This document shows positions 56,953 through 64,000 of a DNA stretch of 64,000 nucleotides, one piece after another (within the stretch, counting starts at the first letter, position 1; every line of letters starts with the position of its first letter). This DNA comes from an uncultured Candidatus Saccharibacteria bacterium. Its GTDB lineage: Bacteria > Patescibacteriota > Minisyncoccia > Phycocordibacterales > CAIRYW01. The notes under the pieces were generated by a model that saw only the letters and a program-made list of their open reading frames with translations, searched no databases and had not been told where the DNA came from. The DNA is taken from positions 69,743 to 133,742 of the forward strand of contig CAYUPH010000002.1 in the NCBI GenBank assembly GCA_964446625.1, given 5' to 3'. Position numbers and translations under genes: made by a program.

Positions 56953-58773
56953 TTATACCTGTCCTGTCGTACTTTGGGTATGATAAAGTTCAAAGAATTT
57001 TGATTCCTTATCTTTAGATAATTCTTTGAAAGACCCTTCTTCTACTATTTTACCCTGCTCGAAGACGATTATTCGGTCAGTATTTTTAAGAGTTGAAATT
57101 CTATGAGCAATGCTAATAACTGTTTTATCTCCGAGCTGTTCTTCAAAAGACTTGAGTATAGCTGTTTCCGTCTTACTGTCGAGCGAACTAGTTGATTCAT
57201 CAAAAATAAGAATTTCTGGATCTTTATAAATTGCACGTGCAATACCGATTCTTTGACGCTCACCACCTGAGAGTCTATACCCTTTTTCACCAATAAGAGT
57301 ATCCTCTCCTTCGGGTAATTTTGAAATCAGGTCAGAAAGAGCAGCAACATGAACAGCTTTATTGAACAAATCTTGATCAAAAGTTCGCATAAGGGTGATA
57401 TTTTCTTTAAGTGAAAGATTAAACATTTCTGAATCTTGAAGCACTAAAGCCATGTGCTTTGTCACATCATCATGGTCAATAGTATTAAAATCTCTTCTTC
57501 CTACACTGTATGTGCCCTTTTGAAAATCATAAAGACCAATGAGAATCTTTGCAAAAGTGGACTTACCACTTCCTGATCGTCCAACGACACCAATCTTTTC
57601 ATGCTTATGTATGGAAAGATTTATATTATGAAGAGATCCCTCCGCTTCTTTATTACTATCCTCTTTATAAGAAAATGAGGCATCGCTAATTTTAATACTC
57701 TCCCAGTCAGATGGAAATTTTTCATTACCCCGATTAGATAATTCATTACTCCAAAAAATAGGCATCATTCGTGCAATACTCACTTTAGCGTTCATTAAAT
57801 CATCAACCACTCCAGTTGCTTCACCCATTGATCCGTTTAATTTTTGGAAATACGTATAAACAATAAAAAAAGATCCCAAACTCATCGTACCGATAACAAA
57901 ATTATGCCCTGCAATAAGTAAGTTGGTACCAACCGCAAGAGCATTAACAATTTGGAATGATTGCCATTTCAGATTCGATAGATTTATCCTCCTTATAGAA
58001 AAATCTCTTGAGGATTCTTCTTGTACAGTAATCCCTTGCTTAAAATCATTCTTTACTCCTAATGTTTTAATAGTAAGCACATTAGAAAGACCCTCATAAT
58101 ATGTACCCGAAGCTTTTTCAAGAGCTTTATTTGCTTCGATTGCAAGTTCAATCTGGCGTTTATAAAAATAAATTTGAACACCTAAAAAAAGGGCTATGTA
58201 TAGAATGCCAAAAATAAAAAAATTAGTGCCGAAAAAGAAAAAGGAGCTGAGTACGCCTACAACTGTGACAATCTGCCCATAGAGCCCATTACCTGTACCA
58301 CTTAGTATACCTTGAAGACTTTTGAGAGTATCACTGCCCGCTTGAATTTTTTGGATCTTATTACCTGTATTTTCACTGTCATGCCACTTCAGTGAAAAAT
58401 CAATTAAACGTTGGAAACCTTTTACTCGGGTTGTGTACGTTACCTCTGATTGAATATTTGCTAAATTTCTTTTTGCGGCAAGTCTGATTTGAGAAACTAC
58501 TCCCCATGTAATAGAAAGTGTTGCAACATAAACATAAAAGACCTTAAGTGAATCTCCGGGTTTGTATGAAGTAAAAAAATCAACTATCTTTCCTACTAAA
58601 AACGCCGGAACAAGATCATAAAAAAGTACAATAATAATAACTATTGTCCAAAAAACATATCGCTTTCTCTTTTCTTCGAGTAGAAAAAAGAAAGCTTTAA
58701 GCATCTTGCCCCAACCAAATTCCTTATCTTCTGGTTGTGGTACCCTACCCCTACCCATAGTGTTAGATTTCAT
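56953..58773 (-). CDS. ABC exporter, fused permease-ATPase (MsbA/lipid-or-glycan exporter type)
   Basis: Six TM helices followed by an NBD with GRSGSGKST, LSGGERQRIGIARAI and ILIFDESTSSLD. Confidence 0.8.
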   Translation of the reverse strand: MKSNTMGRGRVPQPEDKEFGWGKMLKAFFFLLEEKRKRYVFWTIVIIIVLFYDLVPAFLVGKIVDFFTSYKPGDSLKVFYVYVATLSITWGVVSQIRLAAKRNLANIQSEVTYTTRVKGFQRLIDFSLKWHDSENTGNKIQKIQAGSDTLKSLQGILSGTGNGLYGQIVTVVGVLSSFFFFGTNFFIFGILYIALFLGVQIYFYKRQIELAIEANKALEKASGTYYEGLSNVLTIKTLGVKNDFKQGITVQEESSRDFSIRRINLSNLKWQSFQIVNALAVGTNLLIAGHNFVIGTMSLGSFFIVYTYFQKLNGSMGEATGVVDDLMNAKVSIARMMPIFWSNELSNRGNEKFPSDWESIKISDASFSYKEDSNKEAEGSLHNINLSIHKHEKIGVVGRSGSGKSTFAKILIGLYDFQKGTYSVGRRDFNTIDHDDVTKHMALVLQDSEMFNLSLKENITLMRTFDQDLFNKAVHVAALSDLISKLPEGEDTLIGEKGYRLSGGERQRIGIARAIYKDPEILIFDESTSSLDSKTETAILKSFEEQLGDKTVISIAHRISTLKNTDRIIVFEQGKIVEEGSFKELSKDKESKFFELYHTQSTTGQV

Positions 58774-58781
58774 TTTAAATT

Positions 58782-59975
58782 TTATAGATTCTTAAAGATA
58801 GTATGCATTTCTTCTGAAATCAAGCTCCAGCTGTATTTTTGTCTTACCATCTCGAGGGCATTTCTTTTTATTTTTGTTACCAAATCCTCGTCTTTCATTA
58901 GTCTTTGAACTGCCTCAGCTACTGTCTCTGGGTGTTTAGGAGACGCAAAAAGACCAGTTTCGCCATCCTTTAAGAAGTCACCAATTCCCCCTACTTCGCT
59001 GGCAATACAAGGAAGACCTGTCGCCATAGCCTCTATATACGAATTTCCAAACCCTTCCGAGTGTGGTGTTCGAATAAATACATCAGAAGCTTTAAGTAGT
59101 AGCGGTAAATCTTTGTGTGAAATAAAACCAAGAAACCGGACCCTCTCTTCGAGTCCCAGAAGGAGCGCCTGCTCTTTTAAGTTTTGAAAAAGTGGACCGT
59201 TTCCTGCAATATAAAAAACAACTTCTTTTGGTAAAAGCGGAAGGGCTGATATAACATTTGCAATATTGTTTTTCTCTACAAGGCGAGATGTAGTAATAAG
59301 AGAAATCTCCCCCTCCTTTTTTCCTATCCTTTTTTTCTCTGCATTTATCTCATCTTCAGTATATGCGCGGGTAAAAAAATCAACATCCACGCCATTTGGA
59401 ACAACAATCACAGGACACTTCGCATTCATTTCGTGCGCAAAGCGAGCAAGGTAGTTTGAGATAGTTTGGATAGTGTCCGCATATGTAAAAATATGATTGT
59501 AAATTCCACCAGAGAGTGCTGCTCTTTTTTTGATATAAGAAATCGGGTCCCCTTCTTGCAGGGTAAGCAAAAACTTTTTTCGCGGAAGGAGCATCTTCAA
59601 AAAAAGAGCAGCAAATGCTTGGTAAGACGCAAGTAAGCTCCAAAAAATATCGTACCTCTTCTTTCGCATAAGGAGGAGTGCTTTTATGCTTGCCGTTATT
59701 GGCATGAGGTATTTATTTAAATTTATGACCGGAGGAATATTTTCGGCAGAAATATTTTGAAACCACGGCAAAGTGAATCCAACCCGATAGACATTTACTT
59801 TTCCAATTCTTTCAAAGCGAGGAAGCGCTGCATCAAGGCGAAGTGTCACCATGTCAAATTCAATTTCATCCCCTAGCCTATCTGTAATCTCTTTTACGGC
59901 AACCTCCGCACCCCCCACAAAACGCGGGTAGTAGACTAGAGAAAATATGAGGACTCTTTTCTTTTGCTTTTCCAT
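58782..59975 (-). CDS. GT4 glycosyltransferase
   Basis: EGFGNSYIEAMATGLPCIASEVGG motif. Confidence 0.7.
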   Translation of the reverse strand: MEKQKKRVLIFSLVYYPRFVGGAEVAVKEITDRLGDEIEFDMVTLRLDAALPRFERIGKVNVYRVGFTLPWFQNISAENIPPVINLNKYLMPITASIKALLLMRKKRYDIFWSLLASYQAFAALFLKMLLPRKKFLLTLQEGDPISYIKKRAALSGGIYNHIFTYADTIQTISNYLARFAHEMNAKCPVIVVPNGVDVDFFTRAYTEDEINAEKKRIGKKEGEISLITTSRLVEKNNIANVISALPLLPKEVVFYIAGNGPLFQNLKEQALLLGLEERVRFLGFISHKDLPLLLKASDVFIRTPHSEGFGNSYIEAMATGLPCIASEVGGIGDFLKDGETGLFASPKHPETVAEAVQRLMKDEDLVTKIKRNALEMVRQKYSWSLISEEMHTIFKNL

Positions 59976-60103
59976 TAGTCTTCTATTATCTCATATTCCT
60001 CCGCGCTTGAAAGCTGTCTATTTTTAGCAAATACATCGTCAAAATAAACCACCCCGAGAATGCCACAAAGTATGACAAACCCTGCTGCTGCATAAAACCA
60101 CAT
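59975..60103 (-). CDS. candidate 42-aa single-TM peptide MWFYAAAGFVILCGILGVVYFDDVFAKNRQLSSAEEYEIIED
   Basis: Not in the ORF track (under 60 aa). Its ATG lies 1 nt after the TraD-like stop, and its TAA overlaps the ATG of the GT4 gene (TAATG), a classic translational-coupling arrangement. Confidence 0.3.
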   Translation of the reverse strand: MWFYAAAGFVILCGILGVVYFDDVFAKNRQLSSAEEYEIIED

Positions 60104-60104
60104 A

Positions 60105-62051
60105 CTACTTAATATCAAGAATACGCCTCAAAACTTCCTCTGGAACTTCTTTGTGCGGTGCACTTTTCTCCCCCTCTACCACCTTTTTCTCTTCTACTAT
60201 CTTTTCTTCTGGCGCTTCAACCTTCTCCTTTATGTGCACTTTCTCTTCATATGAAATTTTTACTTCCTCTTTTGCTGGCTCAATTTTTGGAGTTTCTCCC
60301 TCTCTTTTTTCCTCATCTTTCAGAGGGGTACCCGTAATCATTGCAAGAGCTTCTCTAAGACCTGAGAGATGTTCTTCTGTCGGAGCTTTTTTGTCTTTTG
60401 TGTCTTGTAGTTTTCCTGTTTGTCTAAGATAACTAAGGGACACAGCTCTTCGTAGAGCTTTCTCTCTTTCATTTGCTGCTTCCTTTTTACCGAGGGGCGC
60501 TTGTGTTTGCTGTAGCGCATTTGAAACACTGTGGGTCGTTACTTTGGAATGTGCAACAATTTTTGTTGGGTTTGGGTAGTTCCCTTCTCTATGTACTTCA
60601 CCTTGGTGTACTCTGGGCGCAGAAAACTCCCTTCCTCCTCCACTATTTTGTTTCGGAGGAGTATGATTTCTGTCACCCGAAAGAACAGCTTGAAGCGCGA
60701 GGTCAATTGGACTTTTTTTACTATCTCTCTTTGTTTCTGCTACGGAAAATGATTGTTCCTCATGCCACCTCCTAATCGCATCCTCAACTTCCGCACGAGG
60801 GCGTGCAAATGTGTCTCGAGAATACTGCACCACATCTTCGTGGAAAATTTTTGGTGGAAGAGGCACAGGTGGAAGCGTTGTTGCGGAAAAAGGCCTCGAG
60901 CTCACTCCGTCAATCATGAGCTTGAGATATACCTGTGCAAAACCAAGATTTACCAAGTCCTCTGCTGTGAAGTTCGGCGCAAATTCTTTTTCGAGAACCT
61001 CTGCATCATAAGCCCCTACTCGAAAAGTAATCATAGTCCCCACGTTTCCAAAAACCGCAGCACGCACTTCTTCTGTCATTTGCTCAATATACTGGTGCGC
61101 AACAGTAAGATTTAATTTGTACTTTCGGGCTTCGGAGAGAATATCCGCAAAGCTCTCGTTCGCAAAGTTTTGAAACTCGTCCACAAAAAGATAGAAGTTC
61201 GGCAAAAGTTTTAGCTCCTCATCTCTCTTATCCGCACGACTCATCGCTGCAAGGTATATTTTTGTAATAAGCATTCCTCCAAGAAGGTTTGCATTTGCCT
61301 CACCTACCCTTCCTTTTGAGAGGTTAATGATAAGAATTTTCCCCTCGTCCATTATCTTTCGGATATCAAAAGTAGACTTTGGCTGACCTATAATATTTCG
61401 AATAAGAGGGTTTGAAATAAATTGTCCAATCTTGTTTTGAATCGCAGCACCCGCTTCTTGCATGTAGTTCTTGCCATATTTTGCAAACTCGTCTAGCCAA
61501 AAACTTTTTACAGCAGGGTCTGTCACATACTCAATCACTTTGTTGCGGTACGCTTCGTCCGCAAGCATTCTGTTTACCCCAATAATTGTTGACTCTGGGT
61601 ACTCGAGAAGAGCAAGAAGAATGTTGTTTAGAATATATTCCATTCGAGCACTCCACGCATCCACCCAGATTTTCTTGAAAGCAGCCATAAGTCCGTTTGC
61701 AACAAGGTGCCTTTTATCTGCTCCTACATCCTCAAGCACATTAAAAGAAATCGGATAATCCAAATCAAAGGGAGCAAAGTAGAGAACATCCTTTACTCTT
61801 TCTTCAGGAATATAATCAAGAAGGAGGTCCGCAGTCTTTCCGTGGGGATCAATAAATGCAAGTCCATGACCATTTTGAATATCCTGAACTGCAAGATTCT
61901 CAAGAAGGGTAGATTTTCCCATTCCTGTTTTTCCAATTATGTACACATGCCTGCTTCTGTCTTTTGTTTTTATACCAAAACGAAGACACTTATTTCGAGC
62001 GTCAGTTTCCGCAAAATATATTACTTTTTCCGGATCCTCATGTACTGCCAT
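60105..62051 (-). CDS. TraD/VirD4-like type IV coupling-protein-family P-loop ATPase (TraG-D_C / DUF87-like) with an acidic-basic low-complexity C-terminal tail
   Basis: Walker A IIGKTGMGKST, Walker B LFVDEFQNF, and the overall AAA-like domain of conjugative coupling proteins. The start is set at MAVHEDPEK because the upstream extension is hydrophobic junk. The C-terminal 120 aa are E/K-rich. Confidence 0.5.
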   Translation of the reverse strand: MAVHEDPEKVIYFAETDARNKCLRFGIKTKDRSRHVYIIGKTGMGKSTLLENLAVQDIQNGHGLAFIDPHGKTADLLLDYIPEERVKDVLYFAPFDLDYPISFNVLEDVGADKRHLVANGLMAAFKKIWVDAWSARMEYILNNILLALLEYPESTIIGVNRMLADEAYRNKVIEYVTDPAVKSFWLDEFAKYGKNYMQEAGAAIQNKIGQFISNPLIRNIIGQPKSTFDIRKIMDEGKILIINLSKGRVGEANANLLGGMLITKIYLAAMSRADKRDEELKLLPNFYLFVDEFQNFANESFADILSEARKYKLNLTVAHQYIEQMTEEVRAAVFGNVGTMITFRVGAYDAEVLEKEFAPNFTAEDLVNLGFAQVYLKLMIDGVSSRPFSATTLPPVPLPPKIFHEDVVQYSRDTFARPRAEVEDAIRRWHEEQSFSVAETKRDSKKSPIDLALQAVLSGDRNHTPPKQNSGGGREFSAPRVHQGEVHREGNYPNPTKIVAHSKVTTHSVSNALQQTQAPLGKKEAANEREKALRRAVSLSYLRQTGKLQDTKDKKAPTEEHLSGLREALAMITGTPLKDEEKREGETPKIEPAKEEVKISYEEKVHIKEKVEAPEEKIVEEKKVVEGEKSAPHKEVPEEVLRRILDIK

Positions 62052-62127
62052 TTCATATAAGTATAAAGTAAAAAGACTAAAGTATAAAGGAGAGGAAATA
62101 AAAAAGTAGGGATGTTTCCCTACTATA

Positions 62128-62568
62128 TTAAGCCCTGGACTTAAGTCGAAAATGTCTCCTCGCGTCTTCTGTTGCCTTCTGCTGTTCAAGCCAATCAGCA
62201 ACTGCAAAGGATGGAGGATTATTCGCACCGAATATAAATTCAACAAATTGAGCATGTTCCATCATTCGCGCAGAAAGGGCAAATTCCATCATTTGAATTA
62301 TTGCCAAATCAGCATTTTCGTGAGAAGTAACAATGTTATTACACATTGCTCCAGTATGAGTAAGGCAAGTGTGCGCTGCCATTACCATAATACCCACAAT
62401 TCTTCCTTTTTCTCTTGCAGTTATGATCCTAGAGCGCTGCAAGATATCCGTTATGCTCAGGACATTATGTTCCCTCACCTGGCTATGGAGAAGCCGGAGC
62501 AAGTGATTGATTGTAGCTACGTCAGCAGGAGTTACCTCTTCCAAAAAACCGATCAAAAAAGAGCTCAT
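62128..62568 (-). CDS. hypothetical protein (weak GNAT-like features)
   Basis: 146 aa; REKGRIVG resembles the acetyl-CoA binding R/Q-x-x-G-x-G/A loop, but the match is weak. Confidence 0.3.
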   Translation of the reverse strand: MSSFLIGFLEEVTPADVATINHLLRLLHSQVREHNVLSITDILQRSRIITAREKGRIVGIMVMAAHTCLTHTGAMCNNIVTSHENADLAIIQMMEFALSARMMEHAQFVEFIFGANNPPSFAVADWLEQQKATEDARRHFRLKSRA

Positions 62569-62606
62569 AAGAGCCTAATAATACATACCACTTTTTGAAT
62601 GTCAAA

Positions 62607-62634
62607 ATAAAAAACCTCGGGTGGTACCAGAGGT
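62607..62634 (-). repeat. 28-nt repeat / terminator hairpin ATAAAAAACCTCGGGTGGTACCAGAGGT (copy 1)
   Basis: Identical 28-mer also at 63091-63118. The hairpin ACCTC-GGGTGGTACCA-GAGGT is followed on the minus strand by a T-run, and it overlaps the stop codon of the 62634-63038 gene. Confidence 0.6.
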
Positions 62635-63038
62635 TAACGACGACCAATCCATTTTAATCTTTTCCAACTAGAAAAGTTAAACTGAAATAGGCTATCTAAA
62701 TCCCATAAATCAGCTCGGCCGAGCGGAAAATTTTTATCAAAGATTTCACGATCGAAGCCAAGAATAAATCGTCTTCCTTCGTGCACAATTGGTTCGTGGT
62801 ATACCAAAAATAAGGGTTGTCCCTGTATTTTGGTTATCTCTGGCTGTAAGCCAATCCCCCATGCATAGCTGAGGGGAAAAGTGACCGAAAATGGGGAGTC
62901 TGCGACCCTAACCTCAACTGGTTCACAAGACTCAAGCTCAGCATGAGAAATATTCGGTCTCCTTCCCACAAACCAACCTTGCTCATTCAACATTTTGAAT
63001 CCGTCTGGAAGTGACATTAAGAAGCGCTGCAGTATCAT
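62634..63038 (-). CDS. hypothetical protein
   Basis: 134 aa, no recognisable motif, GC-shifted. Confidence 0.35.
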   Translation of the reverse strand: MILQRFLMSLPDGFKMLNEQGWFVGRRPNISHAELESCEPVEVRVADSPFSVTFPLSYAWGIGLQPEITKIQGQPLFLVYHEPIVHEGRRFILGFDREIFDKNFPLGRADLWDLDSLFQFNFSSWKRLKWIGRR

Positions 63039-63090
63039 AAAGAAGAGTTGTTCTAGAATTTCATAATACCTTTTTTAAAAAATAAAGTAA

Positions 63091-63118
63091 ATAAAAAACC
63101 TCGGGTGGTACCAGAGGT
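63091..63118 (-). repeat. 28-nt repeat / terminator hairpin (copy 2)
   Basis: Exact duplicate of 62607-62634, overlapping the TGA stop of the 63118-63510 gene. Confidence 0.6.
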
Positions 63119-63510
63119 CAGAAACGGTCAGAAATCGTTATAAGGAGAAAACGATCTAAACCGTGAAAATGAAAGATGATGTTTGCGTCTGCAAGGTGTT
63201 CGCGTCTTTCGGAGAACGCGATCGTTGTTAATACAACTACTTTCTCCTGAACAAATTTAGCCCAATCGACTCCATCGATCACCACCCTCTTCCACCCAAT
63301 CACGTGGAGCACTTCAATAATCGATGTCATCACTTCACAGAGATTGCCTATTACATAGACACCCATCTCAATGAGCGACGCACTTTCTTGAACATCGACA
63401 TCTAGGACTTTTTTTGTTCGGGTTCTATTGATAGCACGAACACCTCTCTTTCCACACGCGGCGCAGAACACCAGTGGTATGTTTACCACGCTGTAATGTC
63501 CTTTTTTCAT
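63118..63510 (-). CDS. hypothetical protein
   Basis: 130 aa with a Cys pair near the N-terminus (CAACGKRG); unrelated in sequence to the neighbouring 134-aa protein despite the shared terminator. Confidence 0.35.
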   Translation of the reverse strand: MKKGHYSVVNIPLVFCAACGKRGVRAINRTRTKKVLDVDVQESASLIEMGVYVIGNLCEVMTSIIEVLHVIGWKRVVIDGVDWAKFVQEKVVVLTTIAFSERREHLADANIIFHFHGLDRFLLITISDRF

Positions 63511-63543
63511 CTAAAAAGATAATACTACTTTTTCAAAAACTTC

Positions 63544-64000
63544 CTACCCCTCTTTTAGAGCTCCTGTTGTATAAGTGTTTCCCGCATCCCAGAGGAGCCA
63601 GCAATTTAGCCCTACATCATAAGTTGACTGTATTTGAGCTCTCACCATTTGAGCAGTATAAGTCGCTCCTAAATTAAAGTCTTGTATCCACGAGCAGAGT
63701 TTCTTTGGCTCTATTGAAGCCTCTGTCGCTTTTTGTACAGCACCTGCCATAGCGATTTTGACAACTTCTCCTGGGTGGTCTGCAGGATTTTTAAAACCAT
63801 TCCAGGTTGCTGGGTAGTGTGACGGATACACCATTGGGTATACATAGTCAAAATTCTGAAGTGCCACCTCTAATTTCTGACCAATATTTAAATCATCATC
63901 ATTTGTAGTTGTCATACCAAATAGGTCTGCCGATATAACTGGTTTCCCTTCCTCGATATTACTTCGAAGGTAGGAAAAGAAGTTTCCGAGGTTTTCTACT
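63544..64000 (-). CDS. hypothetical protein, C-terminal part (gene continues beyond window end)
   Basis: The frame stays open upstream of the listed Met through to position 64000 (..VENLGNFFSYLRSNIEEGKPVISADLFGMTTTNDDD..); Trp/Tyr-rich, possibly a glycoside-hydrolase-like fold. Confidence 0.4.
   Translation of the reverse strand, partial: VENLGNFFSYLRSNIEEGKPVISADLFGMTTTNDDDLNIGQKLEVALQNFDYVYPMVYPSHYPATWNGFKNPADHPGEVVKIAMAGAVQKATEASIEPKKLCSWIQDFNLGATYTAQMVRAQIQSTYDVGLNCWLLWDAGNTYTTGALKEG

Noticed and set aside
62052-62255. N-terminal extension of the TraD-like ORF overlapping the upstream small gene
   Set aside because: The extension is hydrophobic low-complexity sequence that overlaps ORF 62128-62568 on the same strand in a different frame; the internal Met at 62051 removes the overlap.
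1-64000. Numerous 60-120 aa ORFs on the strand opposite to well-supported genes (e.g. 975-1190, 5556-5858, 8579-8860, 9947-10246, 15627-15986, 21066-21344, 31933-32292, 53653-53955, 56364-56753, 60473-60775)
   Set aside because: They lie wholly inside strongly supported genes on the other strand, are low-complexity (F/L/S/K-rich, from antisense of AT-rich coding DNA) and lack motifs.
1-64000. CRISPR arrays, rRNA genes, IS elements, integrases
   Set aside because: No short direct-repeat/spacer arrays, no rRNA-like conserved stretches, and no transposase- or integrase-like ORFs were seen on either strand. The only repeats are the terminator hairpins and the 28-mer described above.

Overview
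This 64 kb window reads as a low-GC, gene-dense bacterial chromosome segment. Coding density is above 90%, most genes are on the minus strand, and the standard genetic code applies. Housekeeping genes include pheS/pheT, rpsB-tsf, prfA, rpmE, rplY, fba, a pentose-phosphate cluster (rpiB-rpe-split tkt), gap, gatB, obg, secA, murB/murC/murD and one tRNA-Thr(UGU). There are no rRNA genes, no CRISPR array and no classical IS element or transposase. The gene content (split transketolase, minimal central metabolism, N-terminally truncated PheS, heavy investment in membrane glycosyltransferases and cell-wall lytic enzymes, a TraD/VirD4-like ATPase) suggests a reduced-genome lineage such as Patescibacteria/CPR; this is inference only. 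About 20 kb (32.4-51.7 kb, continuing to 60 kb) is one envelope glycopolymer biosynthesis region. It contains GT4 and GT2 transferases, two ArnC/ArnT-like lipid-carrier modules with GtrA, a Wzx-like flippase, CE4 deacetylases, rfbB, a TagD-like cytidylyltransferase with a TagF-like glycerophosphotransferase, a sulfotransferase, two SAM methyltransferases, a truncated UDP-sugar dehydrogenase and an ABC exporter. The peptidoglycan genes are embedded in it. The most striking anomalies are: (1) a ~650 bp island of roughly 60% GC at 19.96-20.66 kb that encodes exactly the N-terminal IMP-cyclohydrolase (MGS-like) domain of PurH, with its own promoter-like and terminator elements, which looks like a foreign gene fragment; (2) a ~190 nt promoter-to-terminator transcription unit with no credible ORF between fba and a PfkB kinase, a candidate structured ncRNA; (3) a family of near-identical palindromic AAAAACCTCC-loop-GGAGGTTTTT bidirectional terminators, plus a 28-nt terminator repeat shared by two unrelated small genes near the 3' end; (4) GC-shifted orphan ORFs at 53.3 kb and 62.1-63.5 kb next to RadC and a TraD-like ATPase. 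The ATPase is translationally coupled through a 42-aa peptide (TAATG overlap) to envelope genes.
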